Below are positions 39,326 to 52,723 of a stretch of DNA of 64,000 nt, in pieces. The position numbers and the translations under genes are program-made. The DNA comes from Oculina patagonica (lineage: Eukaryota): the NCBI RefSeq assembly GCF_052425735.1, contig NC_135767.1:18786001-18850000 (forward strand), written 5' to 3'. The stretch's first letter is position 1. Each line of letters begins with the position of its first letter. The notes under the pieces are model-generated. The model made no database searches and was not told where the DNA came from. It was given only the letters and a program-made list of their open reading frames with translations.

Positions 39326-40363
39326 AATATTATGATGTCTAAGGAACGCTTGAGCTTACGTTACAATAATAGTAATACTCCCGACCGATTGCAATGCAGT
39401 CTTTTTAATGTTAATTCTGAGAACTTGGGTGTAAATCAAGACAAGATCCTTTGGTTCATCTTTTTGTTGCGTGGGAAATTAGATCTTGGGAGTTTCTGAA
39501 GAAAGGGGATTGAAATTAAAGGAACAATTGAACCAAAAAAACAACACAAGGCATAAATGTATATTATTGCATGGTCATCGCTTTCCAACAGAATATGAAT
39601 ACTCAAATGACTATGACCTGGTCTCTTAAGAGAGAAATCTCCATTAACATTATTGTTTTGATTTTATTCAGATGGCATCATGATGGCTCGCATAGCTCAA
39701 AAATGCGTTCAAGATTATGTATTCATTGTATTTATTTATAATTAATGTTGATTTGCGTACTCGTGTTATCAATTTCAGATCGACAATCTTCATGACCTAT
39801 TACATTTTATTTTTCTCAACAGATACTAACCACTGAAGCCTTTTTAGTTCTCCCAAAAAAGCTGAATTAAACTTCACTACAAACATAAAAGTAAAACATC
39901 AATTAAAAGTACAAAGAAGAACTCCACAAAACAAAATTTTTAACAATTACGTCAACAAGCATAGGAGACAGTTTAAGACCTGCATCCCCGCAAAGCATGA
40001 AGTATTCATTAGTTCTTTTGCTCTAATCTTCATTTCAATACTTCATGATGTTTTCAATAATGAAAAAGGTTTATAAACAGAATAGATAAAAATAAATTTA
40101 ACATAACAATTGAATTTGACATAACAAACCGTGTAAGTCATAAATAAACTAACACTGTATTGTCTCTACCAGATTCACAGTAATCGAGTGTATATTATGA
40201 AAAAGTAATTTACTTTCCCAAGAATGCAATGTTATTTGTCGATTTCAAAGATTGTTATCAATTTTTACAGCCTCGTTAATTATTTACCAGGGAAGGGATT
40301 TGTACGAAATCCTCATAGAAACACTTCGTCAGAACACTTTATGGATTAGATGAGGCCTTGAAA

Positions 40364-43300
40364 ATGACACATCAATTAGAGGTATGAATTGCTCTCTGCA
40401 ATTAAAAGATGGAATAAGATTTAATTTCTGCATATTACCCTTTTAGAAAAAAAATTATTTTGATACTATGAAAACTTCCAGAACTTTCATCGTTGAAAAT
40501 TTAGTTTAACAGGTAATCGAAACGAGATGAAACATAGCTGGTTAGATTCTTTTCCTTTGCTCGATTTTAGTTTAATTTACATTACAGTCTTTGAAATATG
40601 AAAAATTTAAGACCTACAATTCGAAACAAACTAGCCAAAACCTTTTCAATCTAAATAAGTATGTATAACACTTTAGCTTACTATTTATATATTACTGAAT
40701 TTGTTTTTATTTTTTTGCCGGCTTATAAAAAAAGTATTAAGACACTATATATAACAGAGTACTTTGAAGCATTAAAATTATATTGTGATAGTTTTTCACA
40801 TACTTACAAACACAGTAGTATATACATTTCATCTCAACTTTTTTGTTTATTTTTGATCACGTGATTAATCTTTTAAAAACAGCTTTCCGTTTCATCAGAC
40901 AACCGAGCACAAAACCTTGCCAAGGACAATGAAAGCTGTGCAGAAATCCTCTTTTCCACTTGCACTGTCTGTCTGTATATATTGTATCGGGCGTCAAATC
41001 CCGCCTTGCGAACACCTCGCTATTACGAACACTCTGTTCCACTACAGCCGCTAACTCCCGCTACTACGGACTTTCACTATTGCGGACAGCAAATTGTGAT
41101 CCCGGGAGGGTACTCCATATAACGGCCTATACGGGGAGGCTCCGCCCGAAAGGGGTACTTTTTTCAGGCTTCAGGTATATAAAAGGGTAGCGATTTCACA
41201 AGTTTAGGTATATGAAAGGGTATGAAAATCCGTCATTTAGGTTTTTTAAAAGGCCAGTAATTAAAATATTTCGAACAGACGCACTTTATGGCTGTATTAT
41301 TTTAATTTATTATGCGCTACATAAAAATGACAAGAAAACGTCCTGTTCTAAGGCTATGTCACGTCTTTTAGGTATATGAAAGGGGTACCTTTTTCAGTAA
41401 AAAGGTATACGAAAGTGTACAATTTCTGTCAAAAAGGTATATAAAAGGGTAAGGGGTAAGAGCTTGGGGCGGAGCCTCCCCGTATAAAACTTTTTTGAGT
41501 GCCCCCCGGGATTGTGATCCCGAAAGTTTCCGTTACAGTGAGTGTTGACTGTATAACGTATCGGCACAAAGTTTTGTTTTGAAACACTCACCTCGTTGTC
41601 TGGAGAAAGGAATATCCATCAATTATAATAAAGTATAGAGAATGCCTGGCATAACTTTGAATCTCAAGAAAGCGCTTCTGTTTTAATGTCAAGGAAACGA
41701 GAAGCGAACTACCTTTTTGAAAGTCTACATTTATCGATCAGAAAACCAAACATAAAATTTAGGCGAAAATAATACAACTTGAGTAGTACAGAAAAACTTT
41801 CACATACAGTAAATACACATCAACAAGTATACTTTTGTGTCTTTATCGCTTGAGTGTGGAAATTAATTGAAACACTCGCTCTTCGTGTTTGATGTATTAC
41901 GGCAAGGACATAAATTTCTATTATAGTCACGCCAAATAGTGCATAATACATATTACTAAAACCTCTACTTAAAAAAACGAAAAGCGATAACTGATAATTC
42001 TGATTCGTGCTGTTAGACTTTCAGTCCAACAATTTTCGTGACCTAACACATTTCATGTTTCTTCAGGTGCTGACGGTCATTACAAACAGAACAGCCAATC
42101 GTTTAAATCTAAATCAGCACGAATCGACTCGTGTTCTAACACATTCTCTCTTTTTCATGATCAGGTGCTGACAGTTGCAGTGTTTTTCCTTCTCCAAACA
42201 ACAAACACAAGAGCTGAAGAACGACAACAAGCTGTGTTTAAAACAAAGAACAACTCTGTCCTACTTGATGAAACTCCTATTTCTGAAATAAGATCAGATT
42301 CACTGATGTCCTGCTCACAGCGATGTACCAGAGACAAACGATGCAAGAGTGCTAATTTTAAACCAGACGAGAAGACGTGTTCTCTACTGGGCAAAACGAG
42401 GAATACTAATCCACGGCTCTTTGGGAAACAACGTCATGTAATTCACCTGGAAAAGGTACCGAGTAAAAACTCACGTAAAAATGCCAATTGAGAACATCCA
42501 TTTTAGCCTTTTGACGAAAATCATGAGTTTTAATATGTGAATTTTCTAAGAAATCCTATCTTTCTTAAAGAAAATGTGTTATTCTTCCTAAAACAACCTA
42601 ACTAGCGCAAATATTTTTAGACAACTAACCCGGCTTCTGAGGGAGAGCTTGAATACTTAAAACTAAACTTATTTGGCAAATTGTTATGTTAATATTCCAA
42701 TAAAATAATTGTTCTTTTTTTTCTTTTTTGCAGATTAATTCAGACCTTGGTAAGCTAAGCCAGAATTTATTTTAAACTTTCTTGTTTCTTCCCCTTCACC
42801 CTCAGCTCACATTCTCTGCCCTCAAAATATTGTTAATTGCAATTTGTTTAGATTTAGATGGCTTGTTATGTCACCTTTAACTACATTATATAAAACACCT
42901 GTCTTGCACTTGTTAGTAATAGCAATCACAAATCACCCTTTTGCGATAGAGCGGTTTTCACTTGAGTGTCGAAAGTTAATTGCGTTTGCTTTGGTTTTGC
43001 ATTGCTACGCTTAGTGATTGGCTTAAAAATCTCGCGCCACTTTCTCGGCCAATTAAAACTAAAACCAAAACCAATCGTGACTCGCTCGCGCACGTTTTCC
43101 CGCGCTTCGTGCCGGTTACATGTAATTGCCTCAAGTTTTGATTGGTTCACTGGTTTGTCTGTGTCCTTTGTGATTAGCCGGAGTAATTACTTTGGTTTTG
43201 GTTTTACGACACTTAAATGAAACCTGCTCTATCTGTTAAAAACTATTGTAAATTTTCCATTCACAGTTTACGTACAGCTTCTTGCCTCTGTCACGTAGGT

Positions 43301-43951
43301 TCCAAACAAGAGCTGGCTGTTCTCACGTGCAAGTCCCTCTCCTCAGCGATCCATCCCAATGGTATCTATTGGGTTGATCCAGACGGTGGATCCCACGCCA
43401 ACGCGTTCAAGGCTTACTGTGAGATAGAAAGCGATGGAGGAGGCTGGACTGTAGTGTGGAGTTACACGTTTACTGATTACGAAAATTTCTGGACTTCCGG
43501 AAACGCGGTTACGCCGAGGCCTAGCTGGCCAGCAGGGAACAGAGATGCCCCATTATCTACTACACCACCGTTGAATGAAACCGACTACAACGCCATAGAA
43601 TTTTCGTTGTGGCGGCAATTTGGGAAGGAGATCCTCATCAAAAGCAACATCAACAATTGGGTCGTTTGTTCACCGGACACAGGAAGCTTGGTTGAATGGC
43701 AGGAGGGAGACGTCGTGTGTAAGATCGTCAAGAGCGTGACTGACACCTGTTTAGATGGGCCGCCGATTTCATATTTGTCATTCACTAATTGCGGAGCAAA
43801 CTTTAAGCGTCGGGATGGGGGACAAGCATCTTATTATCATTTTGAAGTCTGCACTGGATTACGCAACCCCACACATGATCCTTGTGGAAATAATGAAAAC
43901 AATGGTCTGAAGAATGTGAAAAATCCTCATGGGAATATTTTCATTCGCTAA
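40364..43951 (+). CDS. Gene 7: secreted PAN/Apple + fibrinogen-related-like protein; exons 40364-40381 (MTHQLE), 42165-42455, 42734-42749, 43299-43951
   Basis: Canonical junctions; microexon INSDLG; intact ORF; an extra acceptor lies upstream at 42066/42067. Confidence 0.85.
41100..41510. mobile_element. MITE in gene 7 intron 1
   Basis: CCCGGGAGGGTACTCC..TATACGGGGAGGCTCCGCCC / GGGCGGAGCCTCCCCGTATA..GAGTGCCCCCCGGG. Confidence 0.65.
42947..43231. mobile_element. TA-flanked MITE in gene 7 intron 3
   Basis: TAGAGCGGTTTTCA / TGAAACCTGCTCTA; empty site in gene 5 (~32010-32030) and gene 4. Confidence 0.7.
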
Positions 43952-45235
43952 GAACTTTTGCATCGTTCAAGGTCAAACCGAACGTTACTTTAAAGTAAAT
44001 AAACCAATACTTGCACAGGGTATACAAAAAATTAATTCTTCAATGGGCGCACGTGTAGAAGGCATTGCAATTTTGTGTTTGTTTGAATAAGCTCCACCTT
44101 CTATGACAGCCTAGAGCTGAATTTTAGTTCAATGTTTTCAATTTGATAATAAGTTGTTATGGTTCTTTGAAGGACTTTAAATTATCTAAAATATCAAGAA
44201 TGTTTATGGTAGTTATTAATAAACCAATACGTTTAAACTCTCTGATAATACTTCCTGAATGAAAACTACTTCTACTTACTACCTTGCCTCGAGCTACTTC
44301 AATTTTGAAACACGTCTCATCAAAATACTCACTTTTGTTGAATTTAGAAACATACTACCAATTATGGGCTTATAGAAACTCGTTGTAATATAATTGTCTA
44401 CAAACTACATATTTACATGCATATAGAGGCGATGCCATTAACACTTTGTAATGTGAAAAGTCCAATGCTCCTTTTATTAGACCAGACTTGTTGAAATAAA
44501 CCATAACTCGTATTCTGCACTTGTAACTGAATAACAAACAGGTTGTATTTATAACATTTTAACTCAAGTTTCCAATCTTTATTTTGGATTTCAAAGTCAC
44601 GAGCATTTCGCAGATTTTTGGTCTAAACATAAAGTGGTAGACATCTTTACCCATCTAAATAACATTTTAATATCGATATCGGCTATAAACATCGATTTTT
44701 CTGAAGGCGCGCGGAAACAAATTGAAAACGTTGGCTAACGTTTTCAAATTGCAATCCTTTCCCATCCGAGCCATCCGCAGCCAAAAGCGCTTTAAACGGG
44801 TTTAGTACTGTAATATAGCAATTATTTATAAAAATAGACTCTTATTTTTAAGGTATAAATTTTGGCTGTTCAAAAATCTGTTTAAATCCGTGACATAGTC
44901 CCTTTAATACTGGGAGAAGGCTGAATGTTTACAACTTAATATTCGCAGGCAATTCTTTGTAGAAATATTGCACGCACACAATAGAGGATGATGAAAATTA
45001 AAAAAAAAAAACGATTTGTTCGTCAGTTGTGTGGCAAATGCCCGAAACAAAATGCACTTTGTTGAGATAGTCTTAAAGACAATAAAAGATAAAAACTCCG
45101 TTAGATTTTGACGACGTCAAGTGAAAACAAACAAGAATTGTAATGCCACAATTTTTTTTTTTGCTGCATAGCACTCAAAATAATTATCAATAAGTGTTTA
45201 ATAGTGTTCTTGGAGTGCTTTAAAGGCTATATAAA

Positions 45236-45270
45236 AACAGACGTTTCGGGGATACCCCTTCATCAGTGTT
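45236..45270 (-). ncRNA. Minimal type I hammerhead ribozyme motif
   Basis: Minus strand AACA-CTGATGA-A-GGGG-TAT-CCCC-GAAA-CG-TC-TGTT: intact core, 4-bp stems I and II, GUC site. Confidence 0.65.
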
Positions 45271-46235
45271 AATATTATGATGTCTAAGGAATGCTTGAGC
45301 TTACGTTAAAATAATAGTAATACAGTCTTTTTAATGTCAATTCTGAGAACTTGGGTGTAAACCAAGACAAGATCATTTAGTTGATAACTTTGCTGTATCT
45401 AATTACTCAACTATTGCATTGTCATCGACTTCCAACGGAATATGAATACCCAAATGACTATGACCTGGTCTCTGAAGAAAAATCTCCCTCAATATTATAA
45501 CTTTTTTTTAATTTAACCCTCGTGAAATGGTGAAGTCTCCCACACACGCATTTTCTGAGAAAAGATTGCGTGCGCTACAAATGGTATGGCTCGCATACTT
45601 CAGATTCTGCTTTTAAGTTTCATTGTATTTGGTATGGTGATTTAGTATTTGTGTAACCAATTTCAGCCCGACAATTTTTATTTCCTATTGTCCTATTTTT
45701 AACAAATGCCGAGCATTGAAATTTTTTTTGTTCTCCAAAAATGCAGGGAATGCTACACACACAACTTGGAATCTTTCAGTACTGAGAAAACCTCCAAAAA
45801 ACAAAATTCTAACAATTTCGTCAACAATCATAGAACACAATGTACGACCAGTATCTCCCGCAAAGCCCGAAATATTCACGTTCCTTTTTTCTAGTCATTG
45901 GTTGAATATTCCCTCGTAATGTTTGCAATAATAACAAAGGCTTAATTCTAAACAGAACAGCCGAACGAAATTTAACATAACAATTAAATTCGACATAACA
46001 AACCGTGTAATTCATAATTAAACTAACACTGTATTATCTCTACCAGATGCGCAGTAATCGAGTGTATATTATGAAAAAGTAATTTATTTTCCCAATACCA
46101 AGGTCATTTGTTGACTTCAAAGATTAACATCAATTTTTAAAGCCTGGTTAATATTTTAGCAGAAAAGAGATTTGTAAGAAGTTTTCGTAGAGACACTTCG
46201 TCAGAAAACTTTACGGATTAGATAAGGCCTTAAAA

Positions 46236-49200
46236 ATGACACATCAAGTAGAGGTATGGATTGCTCTCTGTAACTTAAAGGCAGAATAAGATTTAATTTC
46301 TCCATGTGCCATTATGGAATAAAATTCTTTAGAAACCATGAAAACTTCTAGAACTTCCACTTTCGTGAAAACAGTTTTAAAAGGTAAAAAACGAGATGAA
46401 ACATAGCTGGTTAGATTCTTCTTCCTTTGCTCGACTTTATTTTTTTTACATTACTATGTCTGAATTATGAAAAAGTTAGTCCTACAATTCGAAACATACT
46501 AGCCAAACCTTTTCAATCTAAATCAGTATATTAACAATGTAAAATTAACACTTCAGCTTACAATTCATATATTACTGTTTTTTTATTATTATTATTATTT
46601 TGATGGCTTATAAAGAACAAGAAGTACCTTGAAGCATTAAAATAAAATTGTGGCAGTTTTCACATACTGACAAACAGATAACACATCCATTTCATCCCTT
46701 TTTTTTGGTTCACGTGATTAATCATTCAAGAACGGAAAACAAACTAAGGAAAGTTATGCATGCGACACAAAACCTTGCCAACAATAAAAGCTGTGCAGAA
46801 TACCTCTATTCCACTTCCACAGTTTGTATATTGATGTTAAATAATTGCCTTGTTTAACGTTTCGGCACAACGTTGCATTTTAAAACTCTAACCTGTTCTC
46901 CGAAGAAATTATTATATCATTATTTATAGCTATATTTATTTATTACCGAGCTTAAAATTTACCATCTTTATTATTTACTACAAACTTGATGATTTCGACA
47001 TTGCTGATCCTACCAGTATGCAGGACGCATGTCACATATCAACCTAGTAAATGGCGAGTCTCTCGTAGCTCAGTATGTTAGAGCTCCCAACCGGTATCTG
47101 GGAGGCCATGACAACGATTCCCGTCGGCGGCTTAGTTTTTTCTTTTTTTCTTTGTCCCATGCTCGTGTCATGTTGAATACTTCATCTTCATTAAATATCC
47201 ATCAATTATATCATTTTTTATTTAAGCCAAGTCAAATAGTATGCCTTACATTTAAGCAATAGAGGACTTTTTCCGTGTTTCCATAGCCTCATCTAAACAC
47301 GAGGGGGGTTGGGAGAATTCAAGACAGTTATGCAAACCCGAGACGCAGTCGAGGGTTTGCATAACTTTCGAGAATTCTCCCAACCACCCGAGTGTTTAGA
47401 TGAGGCTATGTAAACACGGAAAAAAGTCCTCTATTGCTTTTATAAAATATTTTTTCAGAAATAATTCGACAAATGAAGAGGATTTTGGTTTATTTACATC
47501 TTGATTGAAATAGATTTTCTCAAAACGCGCATTTGACAACACATGAACCAATCAAAATTCGTGTTATAAGAGTTCACTAAAATTTGTGGCAAGTAGAGCC
47601 GTGTCGACGAAAGCGATTCCAAGTAAATCTTGCAGAAAAATACGGAAAGTTTGACAAAAACTAAAAGAAATGCTAAAAAATACGGCTCTGTAAGGAAAGA
47701 ACTTCGAGATGAGGAGTTTATTTAAGCTGGAAATGAATGTCACTGTGCTTGATCGCTCTTGAAAGTGAAGTGAACTTGCCCGAATAATGATTTGGCAGCC
47801 CGATAACACGGTTGAAAAGTCTCGCCATGCCTTGTGAAGTTTTGCAGGATAATTAGGAATCATAACACAAGCAGCGGATCTAGCGAGGCCGGTAGCAATG
47901 GTATGCATTTATTGTACGGTAAATTGTTAAGATAGTGATCTAAACGAGTCCGGTTTCTTCTACTGTCGTTTCCTCCGTCTTTGTAATGTTCTTCAAGCGT
48001 AGAATAAACCTCAAATTGAGAACAAATTCTGCTTTGGGTTTTCTGACAAATATCTCCATTCTTTCCTCTTCCCCAAGCCCATTTTGAATGAAAGAAGTTC
48101 ACGACTATTATTGCCAATGTAACAGTAGAATTTTTACGCTAAGAAAGACTCAGAGAAAATACATTTTAAGCGTCATTTTAAGCAGATTTGACGGCAAAAA
48201 GACGGCAACCGATCGGCCGTGCAAAGTTTGAATTTAAGATCAATTTGTGGCATATAGCTTCGTTTGCTTTGACCTATAATTTTTCTCTACTAAAGAATGT
48301 CTTATAGGAAAAATTTTTGTAGTACTTAAATGCAAATATGTATTTGAAAAATGTTTACTGCGTATTTTGTTGCATATTTTGTCGTTCGCTTGAGCTCCCT
48401 CCACGAGCTCGTCTAGCGCTCACGATCATCGAAGCAGGCAAAGCGCTGTGGTTCTTCTTTCTTTTGCTTGTTTTCCTCGGGCTAACGTAGGAAGAGAAGC
48501 CGGAACACATATCAAAATTTGGTATTGTTTTCCATTTCTTTAATATTTATACTTGACATTACTTTACAAGTCTTTTTTGCAGTTTTATGTTTTTAAATTG
48601 TGCCGGGAAACACAGAAACCGTGACGTCACAACCGTGTTTACATACTCTCATCTAAACACACCTATCGACCAATGAGAGCGCGCGTAGTATCTCAATTAT
48701 TTTATAAAATCTTATATGTCACTAACACCTCAACTTGAACATCGATAAGAAAGAAATTCTGTTTTTATCGCGTTGCGGCTAAACTTTAGTTGGACGATCT
48801 TTGCTAGCAAACTAATTCTATGTTCTACAGATGCTGACCATTGCAGTATTTTTCCTGCTCCAAACAACAAACACAAGAGCAGACGAGCGACTACAAGCCG
48901 TCTTGAAAACAAAGAACAACTCTGTTCTATTTGATGCAACTCCAATTTCTGTAACAAGATCAGATTCACTGATTTCCTGCTCACAGCGATGTACCAGAGA
49001 AAAGCGTTGTAAGAGTGCTAATTTTAAACCAGGCGAGAAGACGTGTTCTCTGCTGGACAAAACACGGAAAAGCCATCCACGACTCTTTGTAGAACAAGCT
49101 AATGCAATTCACCTGGAAAATGTACCGAGTAAAAACGCAAATAAGGGTTCTTCTACGTGAATTTTCTAAGTAATACTATCTGATTTTAATTCTTCGAAAA

Positions 49201-50564
49201 ACAACCTTATTGATGCAAAAAAAACGTAAACAACCTGACCAGGCACCGGGCAAGAAAGGTTGACTTTTTTTATCACATCAACGTAGACTAAACTTATCTT
49301 ATTATTTGGTTAACGGTTATTGTTTATATTTCAATAACATGAATTTTTGTTTTTATCTTTTTTGCAGATCAATTCTGACCTTGGTAAGCATAGTCAGAAT
49401 GTAGTTACCACTTTTTATATTTTTAAGATCTCATTTTTTTTTTTCTTTTTATCGCTACTTGGGGATCACTTAAAATACCTTTCCTTTGTTTTGATCTTGA
49501 AATGCGTCAGTGGACTTGCCTTTGCATCTGTGCCTCCTGCTGTGGACATATGTCACCTTTCCTGTGTCTTCATGAGTCGGAGAGTTATTATGGCTGAGGT
49601 TTGAGTCAATGAGTAGTGGTTTGATAATTTTAGGATAACCTTCGCCATTCAAAGAATGGGGCCAGTTGGAATAATATTTTTAGTTTTTCTTAGGCAGTTG
49701 TTAACTCGAACACTTTATTCGCCTTTTACTCCAACTCGCAATCTCTACAGGTAATGCATGGTCATGTCGCCTTTACCTGTACTGTACAAAACTGCTGTCT
49801 TGCATTTATTAGAGAAATCACAAATTAATCTTTATCAATATTCTTTTAAAAGTTCTTGTGAATTTTCAATTCATCATTTACATATAGCTTGTTGTTTTTG
49901 TCCCGTAGGTTCAACCCAAGAGCTAGCTGTTCCGTCGTGCAAGGCGCTTCCCGGAGCTCTCCATCCCAGTGGCATGTACTGGGTTGATCCAGATGGTGGA
50001 TCCCATGCAAACGCGTTCAAGGTTTACTGTGAGATGGAAACCGATGGAGGAGGCTGGACTCTAGTATGGAGTTACACGTTTACTGATTACCAAAAATTTT
50101 TAACTGACGGAAACGCTGTTACCCCCAGACCTAACTGGCCATTAGGACCCGAGGCAGATGTCCCAATATCTACTACCACACCACTGAATGAAACTGACTA
50201 CAACGCCATGGAATTTTCACTGTGGAAACAATTTGGAAGGGAGTTCCTCATCAAAAGCAACATCAACAATTGGCTGGTTTGTTCACCGGACACAGGAAGT
50301 TTGGTTGATTGGCAGGATGGAAAAGTCATTTGTAAGATCGTTAAGCGCGTGACTGACACGTGCTCAGATGTGCCGCCGCGTTCATATTTGTCAATAATTC
50401 CTAAGTGCGGACCTGTTTTAAAAGGGCAAACACGAGGAACAGGTTATTATTATTTTAGCGGTTGCACAAGTACTCACAATCCCGTACATGATCCCTGTGG
50501 ACTGTCCAACGACAATGGTCTGAAGAATGTGATTAATCCCCGTGGGAATATTTTCGTTCGCTAA
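46236..50564 (+). CDS. Gene 8: secreted PAN/Apple + fibrinogen-related-like protein; exons 46236-46253 (MTHQVE), 48831-49121, 49368-49383, 49909-50564
   Basis: Same structure; the PAN-exon donor is AAT|GTACCG rather than AAG|GTACCG; microexon INSDLG; ends PRGNIFVR*. Confidence 0.8.
46940..47192 (+). mobile_element. Decayed tRNA-containing SINE-like element related to the 1250-1768 family
   Basis: Shares TTTCGACAT..GCAGGAC..TGTCAC..AACCTAG..CGAGTCTC..TAGCTCAGT..TTAGAGC..CCAACCGGTA; B box degraded. Confidence 0.65.
47254..48708. mobile_element. ~1.45-kb non-autonomous insertion in gene 8 intron 1 with a 5' hairpin (47255-47440)
   Basis: AAGCAATAGAGGACTTTTTCCGTGTTT.CATAGCCTCATCTAAACAC mirrored ~180 bp later; absent from the homologous intron of gene 6 (~35145). 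Confidence 0.65.
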
Positions 50565-50731
50565 ATACTGTTGCTGGGCCGGTCGAGCCAACACCTTCAT
50601 TAACAGTAAACCAATATATGCACACTGTATACAAGTAATATAGACAAAGAGGAAAGGATTCTACATTCTAAAACGGACTTTGTAAGAAAAACAATGTAAT
50701 TTTTGATTAGGCTCTACCATTGTATGGTAAC

Positions 50732-51122
50732 TTAAAGGGTTTTTGTCACGATTTTACCAGATTTTCGACCAGCCAAAATTTATATTTGTGTCGCAGGAAA
50801 CCTAAAAATAATAGTCCATTTTCATTAAAAATTGCTAATATATTAAAGCACTGAAACTGTTAACAAACGTCTTTGGCTGCATTTGGGTCGGATGGAAATG
50901 GATTGCAACTTGAAAAATTAAGGCTTAAGTTTTCAAGTTGTTTCCAAGTTATTCCAAAAAATAGATATTTATAGCGGTGGCTTGGTTTCCATCCGCAAAT
51001 TAAGGTTATATCTTCCTTAAGATGTTCAAAGATAATGTTTTTCATGGGTTAAGTTCCCTACAACTAATTTCAAATAGTTTAGACCCAAAAACGGCGAAAT
51101 CTCCGTAACGTAGCTCCTTTAA
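50732..51122. mobile_element. TTAA-flanked Kolobok-like MITE; similar elements at ~23001-23317, ~38753-39125 and ~44594-44907
   Basis: TTAAAGGG...TGTCACG / CGTAACGTAGCTCCTTTAA-type termini; the 38.8-kb and 44.6-kb elements are missing from the paralogous spacer. Confidence 0.55.
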
Positions 51123-52524
51123 ATCTGAATTTTTAGTTTCTGATTTTGACTTCAAAATTAATGTTAATGGGGATTTACATAGTGTAAAATAACAGTAATG
51201 CTTGTTACCGCGACGGTAACGTCAACGATAACTCCCTGAAAGGTTATGAGCAGCACAATGGCTCTGCACGTGCGTTGTATATTTAGTAAATAAACCGCTT
51301 CAGGCGGCTGGTATATTGGAGGATAATACCCGAAGCTGAAAGATTGTCCAAAAAATTATCAGTTGGCGAGAAGCAGGGATTCTCAGCTGAGGCAACCCAA
51401 TCAGCAAGCCGAGGGTTTTTTTTATAACCCTCCGATTATTCTACAACACGCTTTATCGCTGGTAAATAGGAAAAAACCTACAGTGATAATCACGGCGTAA
51501 CTGCGTTTGAAATAAATGCAATGCTGGTTTACGTTATTTTTTCAACACTGTAATTTGATTAAAAAGTTAGAGCTGAAAAAGTGACTTTGTTCGTTCAGTT
51601 TTTACCTGTCGATAAAATCGGGCGACGGATATCAAATCGGACGGGGTTATTTCTGATACCCGTCGTCCGATTTTGTACCACGTGATGTGTTTTGTCCAAT
51701 GAGCGCGCGCTAAAATTAATCGGTGGGTTATAAATTGGTATATTTAGTTCTGACTCACCCACACCAGGCAGTCGAAACGAGATCGATAACTGCTTAACGT
51801 TTTGCATGCTGTATTGTAGATTCAGTTACGCTTCTTTGTATGGGAATAAACGCCTCTCCGTATAGGAATCTTTGTCATCTCCCCTACTGCATCGTAGATG
51901 ACCTGGGCTTGTTATAAATATATTTCTTAAACGAACTGAACTAAAATTTAAATGATAGCTACAATTGAATTACCACCTTTTTCAATAAAATTTACAAGCA
52001 CTTCAACAAAAGTTTTAGTATAAAAGGGCCTGGCCTGACCATTCTGACACGCAGTTGTCAACATCAAAGCGTAAACACCTAACAAACAACCTACGCTTGT
52101 TCTACGACAGTCACTGATAAAATGTGTTTCATTTTTCCTAAGAATTTACTAGATACATCATATTTTCTTCAAAGGTTTCAGAAGTTTTTGAAGCATGTGA
52201 GATGTGGGAGGTACCGTCCCTTTTATAGCAGAACTTCCTGTTCCATCGATTCTTTGTTTAGATTTAAACTGTATATTTAAATCTTTGTAGAAATAGTGAT
52301 GCTGGTGTGCAATAAAGGTTGATCAAAAGCAGGGAAATGTTTGTGAACTTCTTGGAAAATGGCTCAAAATTGTAGTGACAGCCTGAACACTTTACCTAAT
52401 ATAGGAATTATGGTTCAGAATCTGTAGTGCCCGGTCAAATATTTGTATGTTGGTTTTTGCAACTGCCTGCGAGAAGCAATATTCTTTAATCCGTAAGCGA
52501 ATTGGTTTGAAGAAGTAGTTGATT

Positions 52525-52723
52525 TAAGGGACGGACCATTATTTTCTTGGAGGGGGGGTGAAAAATTTTCCTCTGCAAACATATTTTTTTAAATTCTTAC
52601 TATTTTTTGTTATACATATCGTGCTTGCAAACAATTTATTTTGTCTTTCCAGGCCCTGCAAACAATTTTTTTTAATTTTTTTCATCCCCTCCCCCCTCCA
52701 AAAAAATAATGGTTCGTCCTTAA
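52525..52723. mobile_element. Harbinger-like MITE
   Basis: TAAGGGACGGACCATTATTTT / AAAATAATGGTTCGTCCTTAA. Confidence 0.6.
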
